This document shows positions 1-11,125 of a stretch of 32,000 nucleotides of DNA, piece after piece; position 1 is the first letter of the stretch, and each line of letters begins with the position of its first letter. The notes under the pieces are model-generated. The model did not search any database. It had not been told where the DNA came from and was given only the letters and a program-made list of their open reading frames with translations. Source of the stretch: Haloquadratum walsbyi C23 (GTDB lineage: Archaea > Halobacteriota > Halobacteria > Halobacteriales > Haloferacaceae); assembly GCF_000237865.1 (NCBI RefSeq), contig NC_017459.1, positions 3,060,001 through 3,092,000 on the forward strand. Reading direction: 5' to 3'. Position numbers and translations under genes: made by a program.

Positions 1-798
1 TGTTGCCACTGCAGCATCTATGATATGAGATCTGATTGACTCCTCAGGGGCATGAAATTGAATCCACCGTTCCTCACAGGTTTCGCCCGTCATGATATTA
101 CCGCAAGCAAAGGCGGCGCCTAACAAATACAAGAGGTCATCGTTGAGCACCTCTGGTAACTCAATGGCAGTTCCAGTTGGACCTATGACATGGTGGATAG
201 TGATATCTTCAGATGAGACACTAATGGCATCACAAACACGATCAATTACATCAGACACAACAGGTTGCCCTGTAATGAGTGCCTCAACTGAATTCACATC
301 AATATTGAGAGCATCCGCCGCGGCAGCGATATTTTGATACTGTGAAACAATTTTGCTTCGGAGTATTGTGATTGACTTTTCTGTCAGTTTGAGTTGCTCC
401 TGTGTGAATTCGAAGATATCCGTGATTGAAACACTCGATCGCTCGACATTGTTATATTGTGGAATAACAATACTATCATTGGATTCAATTGCACTGATTG
501 GTTTCCATTTGATTTCTGCATCATCAACGGTAAGCACGGGTGTATTGACCGATGCTTCCAGTTGCTTTCCGGATGCAGTCCGGATGCGGCGACAGTGTTT
601 TTCAGGCATTCGCCACACATGTGAACTTTTACTCTGTGTTACTTCTGCAGATTGTGTTGTTGGGTCGACTGTGTAGAGTTCACGTTCATACGCAGCAGCT
701 GTTTCTGTGGTAACTGTTTTTGGGTGATGCTGCGTTGCCAGTTGTTTGAGGGGTACAAATCCATCTGTCGTGTGGATTCGTGTCTCTCCGGTGACACA
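1..798 (-). mobile_element. MCM intein 2 (N-terminal 266 aa in window) with a LAGLIDADG homing-endonuclease motif, inserted after GKGSSSAGL
   Basis: Cys codon at 798-796, then CVTGETRIHTTDGFVPLKQL. The LAGLIDADG-type block LNDDLLYLLGAAFACGNI is encoded around 94-141. The canonical MCM sequence GKGSSAAGL|T is broken exactly here. The C-terminal splice junction lies outside the window. Confidence 0.8.
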
Positions 799-2511
799 GA
801 GTCCAGCTGAGCTGCTGCCTTTTCCTGATGTATATACCGACCGAGGAGCGATATTTCGGATATACTGAAGCATCGCCGAATTGTGTGAGAGCACTCCATT
901 CGTAAGATAGGCGTGTGTGCCTTCGACTTCAAGATCATATACCCATTCTGCGGTCGGTGTCACGGTCTTTACCGCGGTTATCCGGTCGGTCGTGAGACAA
1001 TCCGTAACATCTTCCTCGTCAACTTCAGCATGAACTATTCCTCCATCGGATCCAGTTCGATGGAGACCGCCATCTGTAGTTACTCCAGGTGTTGACATTG
1101 AGCGTGGATTGAGAGTATTAGCTGTGTTATCCACGCTGATGGGGCGTGAATCGGCGACATCGTCAGCAATTGCGACTGACTCACCAGCAGACAGTGAATC
1201 AGCGCGTCGTGCAGTATACGACCCATTATGTTCAACAAATACTGGATGCGATGGTGTAACTGTCACTGACCGTCCACTCGCTGTCTGGATTTGGCGCATC
1301 GTCTCTGGTGATTGGCGTTTCCATACTCGCGTCACATCTCGCTCAGTGAGTTCGCCAGTTTCAATCGCTGAGGTGACCGTGAAGTCAGCAGTGTCCCAGA
1401 CACCATCATCAACTGGCTTTGGATCCGTCAACGCTGACTCGACCAGTTCACCGATTGTGGCTGTTTTTCCTTCCACAAGAGCAATATCCGTTTCCCCAGA
1501 AACACATTTTCCAGTTCCTGGGTCCCCAATCAGGAGCATGTGTAGGTCCCCTCGAATACGAGACCCATCAGGAAGGTGCTTCGTCACACCGGAGAATAAC
1601 TGAAGAATCATCGCTAATTTCTCTTCGTCATATCCATAGATAGATGGAGCAACAGATTCGACCATCTTCTCATAAATGTCCGGATCATTCGAGAGTTCGA
1701 CAATCTCAGCGACATCTTCATCAGTAATATCCATATCGTCGAACTCTTCATCCTCGATTTCGACTGATCGACCGTCCATATAAATATCAAAAATCGGAGT
1801 CTTCTCATTTCCACTTGTCTGCTGCTCAATATGAAGAACACCGGTCGTCGTTACATGATCGCCTGCAGTGACTGCACCAGTTGCATCATCCTCAAGATCG
1901 ACATCAATGCTTTGTGGCGTCTCTCCGCCACGGAGCCCCTCTGGGCTTTCCTGAACGCGAACTTTCTGTGCGTCAATGAACTCTGATTGGTCGAAATCAA
2001 CATCAAATGGCCCCTGTCGCTCACAGCCTTGACACTCGTGAGGCTCTTGAAACCCACTATCAGATTGTGGAATGTATGTCATCGTTCCACAACGTTGGCA
2101 CTCAAATGCCGCTTCGGTGATTTTTGGACGGACATCTGTTGCTTTCCGGACGATACCTTGTACTGCAATCAGGTGTCCGATATGATCATCATGAACTCGA
2201 ATATTCCGAATGTCGACTGTGTCTGGAAGACTTCGCATCCGGACGTGTGCGCGTCCAAGTTTGACATCCGCCGGAAGGTCATAGAGGCGAAGTGCTTCCT
2301 CAGCATATTCTCGGAGCTGGTCTGGTTCCCGGCGATAATCCTCTGCAAGTTCAATATCAAATGCATACAAATCGTGATAATCAATATATAGCGAGCGCTT
2401 CTCGTGTGGAAACTGCTGTGCGAGAGTCCCAATATCATCACGGTAGTACTTTCGGTAAAACTGAATGAATCGATCGGTCAGGTCCTGTGGATCCTGTGGG
2501 GCCTGTGCCAT
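1..2511 (-). CDS. mcm: MCM replicative helicase, N-terminal part of the gene (continues past position 1), interrupted by two inteins
   Basis: I translated the minus strand by hand from the ATG at 2511-2509. It gives an uninterrupted 837-codon frame to position 1. The ORF track omits it because there is no stop in the window. Sequence: MAQAPQDPQDLTDRFIQFYRKYY..., Zn motif CQRCG..CQGC, Walker A LLIGDPGTGK, then intein, then SAMLQYIRNIAPRSVYTSGKGSSSAGL, then a second intein. The listed + strand ORFs here are Ser/Arg-rich antisense artefacts. Confidence 0.9.
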   Translation of the reverse strand, partial: MAQAPQDPQDLTDRFIQFYRKYYRDDIGTLAQQFPHEKRSLYIDYHDLYAFDIELAEDYRREPDQLREYAEEALRLYDLPADVKLGRAHVRMRSLPDTVDIRNIRVHDDHIGHLIAVQGIVRKATDVRPKITEAAFECQRCGTMTYIPQSDSGFQEPHECQGCERQGPFDVDFDQSEFIDAQKVRVQESPEGLRGGETPQSIDVDLEDDATGAVTAGDHVTTTGVLHIEQQTSGNEKTPIFDIYMDGRSVEIEDEEFDDMDITDEDVAEIVELSNDPDIYEKMVESVAPSIYGYDEEKLAMILQLFSGVTKHLPDGSRIRGDLHMLLIGDPGTGKCVSGETDIALVEGKTATIGELVESALTDPKPVDDGVWDTADFTVTSAIETGELTERDVTRVWKRQSPETMRQIQTASGRSVTVTPSHPVFVEHNGSYTARRADSLSAGESVAIADDVADSRPISVDNTANTLNPRSMSTPGVTTDGGLHRTGSDGGIVHAEVDEEDVTDCLTTDRITAVKTVTPTAEWVYDLEVEGTHAYLTNGVLSHNSAMLQYIRNIAPRSVYTSGKGSSSAGLCVTGETRIHTTDGFVPLKQLATQHHPKTVTTETAAAYERELYTVDPTTQSAEVTQSKSSHVWRMPEKHCRRIRTASGKQLEASVNTPVLTVDDAEIKWKPISAIESNDSIVIPQYNNVERSSVSITDIFEFTQEQLKLTEKSITILRSKIVSQYQNIAAAADALNIDVNSVEALITGQPVVSDVIDRVCDAISVSSEDITIHHVIGPTGTAIELPEVLNDDLLYLLGAAFACGNIMTGETCEERWIQFHAPEESIRSHIIDAAVAT
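880..1506 (-). mobile_element. MCM intein 1: 209-aa mini-intein inserted in the Walker A P-loop (GDPGTGK|C...SHN|S)
   Basis: It starts with Cys (codon 1506-1504), CVSGETDIALVEG (block A). Block B is VTVTPSHPVF. It ends EWVYDLEVEGTHAYLTNGVLSHN, followed by Ser +1 (879-877). I see no LAGLIDADG or HNH motif. Confidence 0.85.
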
Positions 2512-2610
2512 CGCTTTCGTAATAAGTATCTCATTGAGTAAGAATCTTCGCCACCGTCAAATAAAATGGATAATACGATACCATATCTAGCGAATTTGAC
2601 CGAATGCTTC

Positions 2611-3264
2611 TCACAATGAAACGTCAGTTTCCATATCATCAATCGCTGGCTCAAGTCCATCGCGTCGCGCATCGGTTGCTAATCGCTCCGAAAGGGCACT
2701 GTCACTGAGAAGATTAGCGAGAGAAGCACGAAATCGATGACTTACCTGTCTTGACTCGGCTTCCGCTTCAATCACGCGCACAAGTCGATTAACTGTTTCT
2801 GTGGTGGTTTCAAGTGTATCTGCGCATGCTGTAGCGGTCATTCCTTCAGCACGTAATGAGCGTAATCGGTCAAGATCAAATGGGGCTTTACGATCTGCAT
2901 CAGTAATAAGATGTAATGACATTCGTACGGCAAACACGGTCTCGGAATCGATATCTGGATCATCAATCGACGCAGCAAGTTGTGCATCAGCTATGCGTGA
3001 CCATTGGTTATCATTGCCAGCCTCCGAATTAAACTGAGGATTAAAAAACCCGCGTGCAATGAGAGCTGCTGTTTCAGTAGATAGCGAGAGTTCATCATCG
3101 AATCGATTACGAATCTGTGTAATAATCGCGTGCAGACGGTCATCAACGGTTGTGTCATCACTGTCGATGAGCGACCCACGGTCGTTTTGCTGCTCGTCGG
3201 TCACTGTTTCTGTGCCGGTTGTCTCAATGAAGATATCCCGGAGATCGGCTGTCTTTTCATCCAT
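2611..3264 (-). CDS. Conserved acidic haloarchaeal protein of unknown function, directly upstream of mcm and probably co-transcribed with it
   Basis: 217-aa ORF with very acidic, typical halophile composition (MDEKTADLRDIFIETTGTETVTDEQ...). From memory, homologues are annotated 'conditioned medium-induced protein 4'; that name is uncertain. The stop lies 100 nt upstream of the mcm start. Confidence 0.75.
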   Translation of the reverse strand: MDEKTADLRDIFIETTGTETVTDEQQNDRGSLIDSDDTTVDDRLHAIITQIRNRFDDELSLSTETAALIARGFFNPQFNSEAGNDNQWSRIADAQLAASIDDPDIDSETVFAVRMSLHLITDADRKAPFDLDRLRSLRAEGMTATACADTLETTTETVNRLVRVIEAEAESRQVSHRFRASLANLLSDSALSERLATDARRDGLEPAIDDMETDVSL

Positions 3265-3357
3265 TAGCTCCGGTCAAAGTGTCGAGCGTAAAAAACGTTG
3301 CTGCCACCACCGTGAATCGCTTCGGGGGTAGTCCCTAGGGCATTCCCCTTGCGTTGT

Positions 3358-3391
3358 GTAAACCGAATGTTTCATACAAGTTTACGAAACA
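3358..3391. promoter_or_regulatory. Interleaved inverted repeats 10-43 nt upstream of the bioY start; candidate operator
   Basis: GTAAAC (3358-3363) is complementary to GTTTAC (3380-3385). TGTTTC (3368-3373) is complementary to GAAACA (3386-3391). The region overlaps where a TATA box or start site for a short-leader bioY transcript would lie. Confidence 0.3.
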
Positions 3392-3400
3392 GAATAGTAT

Positions 3401-3982
3401 ATGTCGACAGAGGCAGAATCTGTTGAACTCGTCGGAGAGGAGATTATCGGTAACATCGTTAGGGCAGCGTTGTTTGCGACGCTTACTGGTGCATTCGCGT
3501 ATGTATCGATTCCAAATCCACTCTCACCCGTACCTGTCAGCTTGCAGGTTCTTGGTGTATTCCTTGCTGGAGCATTCTTAGGTCCGTTCTGGGGTAGTGT
3601 TTCAATGGGATTATATCTCCTATCCGGTGCTGTTGGTGCACCAGTATTTGCTGGTGGAAGTGCTGGAATTGGTCCGTTATTCGGGTATACGGCCGGATAT
3701 CTTTGGTCATACCCAGTCGCAGCCACGGTTATTGGGATGATTGTGCATGGACGTGAAACACTTCATAATCCTGATTCTGTCGGGACAGTTCGGTTGGCGC
3801 TCGCACTAACGTGTGGAACAATCTTAATATATTCTCTTGGAACCATTGGATTTGCACTTGTCCAGAATGTTGGACTCATTGAGGCATTTTTCCTCAGCGC
3901 AATTGCATTCATTCCATTCGAGATACTCAAAATCGCAGCAGCAATTGGAATTGTTCGAAGTGATGTAGCGGTTGCTGCATAA
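3401..3982 (+). CDS. bioY: BioY, biotin-specific S component of an ECF transporter
   Basis: 193-aa polytopic membrane protein with BioY-family hallmarks: ...YVSIPNPLSPVPVSLQVLGVFLAGAFLGPFWG...APVFAGGSAGIGPLFGYTAGYLWSYP. It is followed by ECF A and T genes. Confidence 0.9.
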   Translation: MSTEAESVELVGEEIIGNIVRAALFATLTGAFAYVSIPNPLSPVPVSLQVLGVFLAGAFLGPFWGSVSMGLYLLSGAVGAPVFAGGSAGIGPLFGYTAGYLWSYPVAATVIGMIVHGRETLHNPDSVGTVRLALALTCGTILIYSLGTIGFALVQNVGLIEAFFLSAIAFIPFEILKIAAAIGIVRSDVAVAA

Positions 3983-4006
3983 TCAAGATTCTAACTATAC
4001 TCAACA

Positions 4007-4723
4007 ATGATTGAAACAATCGCACTCCAACACTCATATGATGAAACAACTGTCATCGATAGAATTTCGCTTACGATTGATGATGGTGAATGGGTTGTGA
4101 TTATCGGTGCAAATGGGTCAGGAAAGACAACGCTGGTTAGACATTTCAATGGACTGTGCACTCCTGATTCAGGCTCGGTTATGATAAATGGAACACCCGT
4201 TTCAACCAATCTCCTTGCTGCTCGAACCGCAGTTGGAATGGTGTTTCAAACACCACGCGATCAGTTTGTCGCTGCAACCGTTGAAGCTGATGTTGCTTTC
4301 GGTCCAGAAAATCTTGGTCTGTCTCATGCAGATATTGAAACACGCGTCAATGACGCACTCGCTACTGTTGGTCTGTCAGAATGTCGCCATGCTCGGACAT
4401 CAGAACTCTCAGGCGGTGAACGTGCCCGCGTTGCGATTGCAGGTGTTCTTGCAATGAGACCCGATCACATTGTGCTTGATGAACCATTTGCAGGACTTGA
4501 TCTCTCTGCTCGCGCATCGATTCAGGATCGCCTCCGCACACTTGCAGCTAATGGAACGGGTCTGATCACGGTTACACATGATCTTGAAGCCGTCATCAAC
4601 GACGTAGACCGTATCATAGTGATTCAAGAAGGACAAATTGCATATGAAGGCTCACCGACTTCAGCTTGCCAATGGCTTTCAACACATAGTGTCGATATTG
4701 TTTCCCCTTCTATATTATCATAG
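4007..4723 (+). CDS. ecfA: ECF transporter ATPase (EcfA/CbiO/BioM type ABC ATPase)
   Basis: Walker A GANGSGKTT, ABC signature LSGGERARV, Walker B IVLDEPFAGLD. Sits between bioY and the T component. Confidence 0.9.
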   Translation: MIETIALQHSYDETTVIDRISLTIDDGEWVVIIGANGSGKTTLVRHFNGLCTPDSGSVMINGTPVSTNLLAARTAVGMVFQTPRDQFVAATVEADVAFGPENLGLSHADIETRVNDALATVGLSECRHARTSELSGGERARVAIAGVLAMRPDHIVLDEPFAGLDLSARASIQDRLRTLAANGTGLITVTHDLEAVINDVDRIIVIQEGQIAYEGSPTSACQWLSTHSVDIVSPSILS

Positions 4724-4780
4724 ATATATATCGAGACTGCACATGTATCTAATATAATTTTTATGAATAGGTGAACGCTC

Positions 4781-5494
4781 ATGATTCAGTATGATCCAGG
4801 TACCACGATTATCCATCAACTTGATCCCCGAACAAAGCTGTTTATTCAGGCTACTGTTGCTGCTTTGGCGTTCGCTCATACGACGCCACGGGGGCTGATT
4901 GTGCTTTCAGGCTTTGCGATCAGCTGTGTTATCATGAGTAATCTCTCATTCCGACGTGCTATCAGCGCTGCTCGACCGGCGCTACCATTTTTAATCGCCG
5001 CACCGGTTGTGACTGCAATCGATATATCGTCATGGCCTCCAGAAATTGTACCGGCTGCAGCAATTGGTGCATCACTCGCGAGTTATCGGGTAATTATCAT
5101 TTTTATCATTGCTGCTGTTTATTTACATACAACACCAATTAGACAGTCGCAAGCGGCTATCCAGTGGTTTGTTCCTGGTCGCGTCGGTCGACTACTCGCT
5201 TTAGGCGTTTCAGTCGTCTTTCGGACTCTCCCAGTTATTCGTGCTGACATTCACCGTGTTCGATCGGCAGCCAAAGCGCGTCTGATACAGAATCAAACTC
5301 GACGTGAGCGCGTTCGGATTATTGGAACTGCTGGATTGCGACGGACATTTGAGCGCGCAGATCGGTTGACACTTGCACTTCAAGCGCGATGTCTCGCATG
5401 GAATCCAACGCTTCCACGGCTGGTATTCGGTCGTGCTGATGGAGTCGCACTCATTTTTATAATAATAACCGCTATGTTTCTGCTGATAATATGA
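4781..5494 (+). CDS. ecfT: ECF transporter transmembrane T component (EcfT/CbiQ/BioN type)
   Basis: 237-aa hydrophobic protein with a CbiQ-like layout, including the Arg-rich cytoplasmic loop RSAAKARL...RRERVRIIG. Last gene of the bioY-A-T cluster. Confidence 0.85.
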   Translation: MIQYDPGTTIIHQLDPRTKLFIQATVAALAFAHTTPRGLIVLSGFAISCVIMSNLSFRRAISAARPALPFLIAAPVVTAIDISSWPPEIVPAAAIGASLASYRVIIIFIIAAVYLHTTPIRQSQAAIQWFVPGRVGRLLALGVSVVFRTLPVIRADIHRVRSAAKARLIQNQTRRERVRIIGTAGLRRTFERADRLTLALQARCLAWNPTLPRLVFGRADGVALIFIIITAMFLLII

Positions 5495-5627
5495 CCTCCG
5501 CTGAGTGATTGCGAGTGTGAAGTGATTCTCTGAGCTAGATTATGTATCCGTGACAACTGATGTACTGTCGCCATTTCGAGAGAAATTGTGCTCTCACTCT
5601 GATAATATCTAAATGGGATGTATTCAA

Positions 5628-6059
<432 letters not shown>

Positions 6060-6097
6060 TTATGTTATGATTCGAAGACATATTCATCTCTTGAATC

Positions 6098-6835
6098 TCA
6101 CTGGTAATATGCTTCGGTTTCTGTATTTGTCTCAGAGCGACAACCGGACTGTACTGTCCTAACGTACGCGGTGAAGTTTTCAAATAGTTGTTTTACTTTG
6201 CAGGCTGCTGTGTAATTTTCAGTAGTGATCTCATCAAGAACGGCGTCAATCTGAGCTGTTGGGAGGTCTTTGTTTGTTGTAATTGATCGTGCTGTCTTGC
6301 GATCGTACTCTGGGTGAAACTGAACGCCCCATGCGTGCCCACGACGAAAGGCATGAATGCCATAATCATTTTCAGCGAGTTTGATTGTCTCCGGGGGTAA
6401 TTCGGTGACTCTGTCTGAGTGACTCGTGAAAACAGTGAATGTCTCTGGAATATCCTCAAACAATGTATCTGATTGTGTTTGTGTGACCTCGCGATATCCA
6501 AGTTCATATTCATCCATTGATTCAACATGTCCACCAAGCGCCGCAGCAAGGACTTGATGTCCATAGCAAACACCAAGAATTGGGATATTGCGGTCATCAA
6601 CGGCAGCGGTGTAGTCGATCAATGGTTGAATCCAATCGCGGTCCCAATAAACTGACGACCGTGAACCAGTGATAACAATCCCGTCAAAATCAAAGTCTGC
6701 AGGACGTTCATTCGCCGTGACATCATATTCGACAAGTGTCGCATCAAGTTCACGTCGGAAGTTGCGTCGCGTGTGCTCATCATTGTGTGATGCGTTCAGC
6801 AACGCAAGTCGAGGGCGGTCGATCCCCATAGCCAT
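6098..6835 (-). CDS. Class I glutamine amidotransferase (GuaA-N-like GATase1 domain protein)
   Basis: Nucleophile elbow GVCYGHQ and the FHPE His-Glu pair. 245 aa. Confidence 0.85.
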   Translation of the reverse strand: MAMGIDRPRLALLNASHNDEHTRRNFRRELDATLVEYDVTANERPADFDFDGIVITGSRSSVYWDRDWIQPLIDYTAAVDDRNIPILGVCYGHQVLAAALGGHVESMDEYELGYREVTQTQSDTLFEDIPETFTVFTSHSDRVTELPPETIKLAENDYGIHAFRRGHAWGVQFHPEYDRKTARSITTNKDLPTAQIDAVLDEITTENYTAACKVKQLFENFTAYVRTVQSGCRSETNTETEAYYQ

Positions 6836-7000
6836 CGATAATATGCAATATATGCGTCTAAAAGTCTCTTGTGTAATGGTTATACAACCCCACCCTATTC
6901 GATCTCCAGCCTGCGTTGTTTCTTGAGGGGGCTTACCGCCTAGAATCAGCTAAAAGTTGCACAATTCCAGCGCTCAGATACTTATGCTGAGTGTTCAATG

Positions 7001-7792
7001 CTAATGCTCATTCAAGAACCCAATCAGGATGTCATTGACAATCTTAGATGCCTCAATATGGACGAGATGACCGGCATTTTCGACTGGAGCCCACTCACCC
7101 CGCGGCAGTTCCGATGCAAGTTGCTCTCCCGCTGTGGGTGACCAGACGGCATCAGACATGCCGTGAACAACAAGCGTTGGGACCGTTATTTCATATAATA
7201 AATCAGCAACATCAAACTCACGGATAGCAGCGAGTTGAGACTCCCATGCTGGTCGCGATGCGTCTTCATCAACACGCCATTCAACAATTCGGTCGACGAC
7301 ATCCGGGTGTCTATCATAAAATGACGATGAGACTGCGGTTTCAACTGATTCAGCGAGTGCCTCTCGGTCCGATGGTGAAGCCCATAACATCTCAAGATTA
7401 GAATCCACATTGCGTTTGCGCGCTGTTGCAGCAGGCGCCGTTCCAATCGTCGTGAGCGATGTGACCCGTGCATGCATACGAGTAGCTGCCAGTCCAACCA
7501 TCCCACCAAGTCCTGCACCAACAAGATGTGTTGAAGTGATCTCTGTATCACTCAGAACTGATATCAAGTCATCAACAAATGTTGAGATAGTGTATGGTCC
7601 TGCCGGTGAATCCGACTTTCCGGTTCCGCGAAGATCCATAACAACTGTTGTATACTGTCCAGCCACGGCAGGATATTGCCATCCCCATTGCCAAGCACCA
7701 TATCCAAGATCGCCGAGAAAAACAACTGCTTGCTCAGCATCGCCATCCATTTCATAATACAACTGAACATCGTCATTTGAGGCATATGGCAT
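7001..7792 (-). CDS. Alpha/beta-fold hydrolase
   Basis: 263 aa. Nucleophile elbow VGAGLGG in the GxSxG position (Ser replaced by Leu, so the nucleophile is unclear). C-terminal ...NAGHLVHIE. Length and layout fit the fold. Confidence 0.75.
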   Translation of the reverse strand: MPYASNDDVQLYYEMDGDAEQAVVFLGDLGYGAWQWGWQYPAVAGQYTTVVMDLRGTGKSDSPAGPYTISTFVDDLISVLSDTEITSTHLVGAGLGGMVGLAATRMHARVTSLTTIGTAPAATARKRNVDSNLEMLWASPSDREALAESVETAVSSSFYDRHPDVVDRIVEWRVDEDASRPAWESQLAAIREFDVADLLYEITVPTLVVHGMSDAVWSPTAGEQLASELPRGEWAPVENAGHLVHIEASKIVNDILIGFLNEH

Positions 7793-8076
7793 GTATTAGT
7801 TCCGTATTAGCCCTAGGAGTGTCTATCTGTTTGGAATATCGCCTGCCATAGTCGGGATCGAACGAGATAATCGGTTAAAAACTGGTGAAATCATAATGAT
7901 TGTATTCAGCGTGTTCTGTTTTTGTGATCATGAATAGGATGGATTCATGACGCAATTAAAATTGTATGTAGGTGTTATAGCATTAACGGCTATTTAGCAT
8001 ACATCATGTTGTTATGATTGCCTGCGGCGAAATAAAATGAGGACGTCTTTTGTATTTTCACTCTAGCAGTTTCGAG

Positions 8077-10848
8077 TCATGTTTCATTCATGCTACGTAA
8101 TACTGATGTAGCATCATCTAAGGCGACCTCAAGTGACGCTGCATCCGGTCCACCACCTTGTGCGAAATCTGGCGGTCCTCCACCGCCACCGCCAACCTTA
8201 CGAGCTAATTGTCCGACAACATCACCCGCATTAATCCCGACATCCTCTGGAACACCAACAACAAACTGTGCGCTTCCATCAACGTCTGACCCAAGAACAG
8301 CAACAGCATCTTCATCAACAATAGCGTTGGCTGTCTTTCGGAGTTCATCCGCATCACCATTGACAGTTTTGATGACCGCATCGATACCGTCGATACTGAC
8401 AGCATCTGCTGTGACACCCTGGGCACGGGCCTCAGCAAGTTCCGATTTAAGTTTATCAATTGTTTTACCACGCTCTTTCCACTCGGTGAAAAATCGATCT
8501 GCTGTTTCAGGGACATCCTCTGGAGTTACATCAAGAACATCTGCGGCATCATAAAGTGCATCCTCGGTCGTCTGCACAGCATCAATCGCGGCGTCTCCAG
8601 CGGCAAACACGATTCGCTCGACCCCATCTTGAACCGGCTCTGTTGTGAGGATTTTAATCGTACCAATATCACCGGTCCGTGTGACATGTGTCCCTCCACA
8701 GGCTTGGATATCGTCACCAATTGTAATCGTTCGGATGTTCTGTCCTGGAGGAATACCACCCTGATATAGATCAAATCCATGTTCATTTTCAGCCTCATGG
8801 CGATCTGGCCAGTCTTGTCTAACCGAGATATTCTGACGAATTATGTCATTAGCGACTGATTCAATTGTTTTGGCTTCGATACGGCTAATCCGCTCATAGT
8901 GCGTCAGGTCAAATCGTGCGCTGTCGGTACCCTTTTGGGCACCGGCTTGTCGGACATGGTCGCCCAGCACTTTCCGAGCTGCATGCCCAATAATGTGTGT
9001 TGCTGTGTGATGTTGCATGAGGCGCCGTCGTCGTTCAACATCAAGTTGACCGCGAATAAAGTCGCCTTTTCCAGGATTTTCAGTTGCTTGATGAAGAATA
9101 ACCCCATCTTGTGCTTTGACATCTGTTATTTCAATTGTTTCTTCCTCAGTTGTGAGTGTTCCATGGTCTGCCGGCTGACCACCCCCTTCTGGATAAAACA
9201 TGGTCTGATCAAGGACAATATCATATCCAGTATCTTGCTCAAAGATGTCAAGAACAACCGCTTCGAATTCTGTTCCTGTCTGGTCATCATAATATAATCG
9301 GTCGGTTTCTGGCAGGTCTGCAAGCCGATCACGACGTTTTTCTATCGTCTCTGTTGTATCATCATCGGTGTGGCGGTCAGCAACAAGTGAGTAGAAATCA
9401 TCAGGAATCTCGACAGTTGCCCCACGATCGCTCGCAATTTCTGTGACCATATCTGGCTGAATCCCATGTGAGTCATACAATTCAGTGAGTTCATCAACTG
9501 GAATTGATTCATTACGGTCCGCATACTCATCTGCGAGCGTTTCGACTCGCCGACGTCCTCGGCTGAGTGTCTCACGATATTTTCGATCTTCAGTGCGAAC
9601 AATATCACGTATTGTATCGCGGTTTTCATATCCAAGTCGCTTAGCCTGCATATCAACGAGTTCATCAAGTGGAGCGTCAATGCCGATATCATCGATCAAT
9701 CGCTGAGTTCGTCGAAGCACCATCCGTGTAAGGTACCCCGTTCCAACGTTTGATGGGACAATTTCATCGCCAAACATGTATGCAAGCGTTCGGCAATGAT
9801 CAGCAATTGCATAAATAGATTCAAGCGGTTCAAGTAAGTCAGTGAGGACGGAGGGGTCAACATCAAGTTCATCAGCGACATCTGCTCGGGCAGATGCAAG
9901 ATTGTCAATTTCATCAATATCAAGATATCCAGATAACATTGCTGCCTGCTGGATGAGTTCTTTTTCATCTGTTGTATGTGTCACATCAGCGTCATTTTTC
10001 AGAAATTCAATCGTGTCAGGATACACTGCCTCGTAGACGGTGGGCGTTCCTTGTGAGACCCATGCCCATCGTTCAAGTCCATATCCAGTATCAACAACGT
10101 AGGTGTCCATTGGGGAATACCGATTTCCATCTTTCATTTCATATTCGCCCGATTCATCTTGTTCCATCGACATGAAGACAAGCGTCGCAAGTTCAGCACC
10201 GCGATATAATACTTCAAAAGCGGGACCAGCGTTCCCACCGCCGACCCATGGATCTTCGATATACGTGATTTCAGTCAAATCCGCGCCCATATGGTCGAAA
10301 AAGGCATCACAGAGGCGAACTGTCTCGTCCTTCCAGTATACTTCACCTGTGTATGCGTACTCATCGCTCGCATCCTCACGAGTATTGAAAGCGTGATGCG
10401 CCATCATCTCGAAGGCCATCGTATGGCGCCCAGTCTTTCCGACATTATCGATATCTTGCATTCGAATACATGGTTGACTGATACAGAGTGGATTTGCTGG
10501 CGGTGGGGTTTGTCCACTCGTGACGAGCGGTTGAAAATCATAAATAGATGCCTGTGTGAGTAAGACATCATCTCGCCATCGATTTGCAGCGACAGGATAC
10601 GGCTCAATACGGTCATGATCGCGTGATTCAAAAAATGAGAGGAATTCTTCACGCATTCCCGACAGGGAGTATTGGTCGTCAAATCCAGGATTATCGATAA
10701 ACGAGTAATCATCTGCTGGCGGTTCACCACAAGTCTCGCGGTCGGGATCACGGGTCCAAAAATACACATCCGTCACCGGACACTGCTTCCGATGGAACCC
10801 TTCAGTCTCGAAATACTCGAGACGATACTCCGATTCGAGTTCACTCAT
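8077..10848 (-). CDS. alaS: Alanyl-tRNA synthetase
   Basis: About 923 aa. Editing-domain motifs HTATHI and CGGTH, and a C-terminal [15 protein letters not shown] (C-Ala/DHHA1) tail. I prefer the start [14 protein letters not shown] at 10848; the listed ORF begins 6 codons earlier, at 10866. Confidence 0.93.
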   Translation of the reverse strand: MSELESEYRLEYFETEGFHRKQCPVTDVYFWTRDPDRETCGEPPADDYSFIDNPGFDDQYSLSGMREEFLSFFESRDHDRIEPYPVAANRWRDDVLLTQASIYDFQPLVTSGQTPPPANPLCISQPCIRMQDIDNVGKTGRHTMAFEMMAHHAFNTREDASDEYAYTGEVYWKDETVRLCDAFFDHMGADLTEITYIEDPWVGGGNAGPAFEVLYRGAELATLVFMSMEQDESGEYEMKDGNRYSPMDTYVVDTGYGLERWAWVSQGTPTVYEAVYPDTIEFLKNDADVTHTTDEKELIQQAAMLSGYLDIDEIDNLASARADVADELDVDPSVLTDLLEPLESIYAIADHCRTLAYMFGDEIVPSNVGTGYLTRMVLRRTQRLIDDIGIDAPLDELVDMQAKRLGYENRDTIRDIVRTEDRKYRETLSRGRRRVETLADEYADRNESIPVDELTELYDSHGIQPDMVTEIASDRGATVEIPDDFYSLVADRHTDDDTTETIEKRRDRLADLPETDRLYYDDQTGTEFEAVVLDIFEQDTGYDIVLDQTMFYPEGGGQPADHGTLTTEEETIEITDVKAQDGVILHQATENPGKGDFIRGQLDVERRRRLMQHHTATHIIGHAARKVLGDHVRQAGAQKGTDSARFDLTHYERISRIEAKTIESVANDIIRQNISVRQDWPDRHEAENEHGFDLYQGGIPPGQNIRTITIGDDIQACGGTHVTRTGDIGTIKILTTEPVQDGVERIVFAAGDAAIDAVQTTEDALYDAADVLDVTPEDVPETADRFFTEWKERGKTIDKLKSELAEARAQGVTADAVSIDGIDAVIKTVNGDADELRKTANAIVDEDAVAVLGSDVDGSAQFVVGVPEDVGINAGDVVGQLARKVGGGGGGPPDFAQGGGPDAASLEVALDDATSVLRSMNET

Positions 10849-11125
10849 TATCGATGAATGCCCCACGATTAGATAAAACAGTTCGGATACGGAGAATGAA
10901 AATTAATATACACCGCTCCACACGCGATATATCTACTCTCTGTGAACGATGGAACCCTCTCGATGGGACAAATTGCTTAGAGTACGTAGTATCTAGATCG
11001 GCAATCTTAATTACAGTATGATCACATGAAAGATGACTGATTCGGCAATAGTCGTAATGATAGATATTCGACACAAATTCGACCATCGAACATCCAGGTC
11101 CATGTGTGCAAAGACCAGATCCTAC

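Noticed and set aside
92-2441. Listed ORFs inside the mcm region on both strands (92..337, 353..676, 384..620, 639..938, 913..1095, 1109..1603, 1419..1643, 1614..1841, 1851..2057, 1987..2391, 2169..2441)
   Set aside because: All lie antisense to or out of frame with the uninterrupted 837-codon MCM frame. Their composition (Ser/Arg/Cys-rich, non-acidic) is what out-of-frame reading of a haloarchaeal gene produces.
8090-8554. 154-aa + strand ORF with a poly-Pro run (GGPPPPPPT)
   Set aside because: It is the reverse complement of the alaS C-terminal Gly-run region (GGGGGGPP) and is therefore an antisense artefact.
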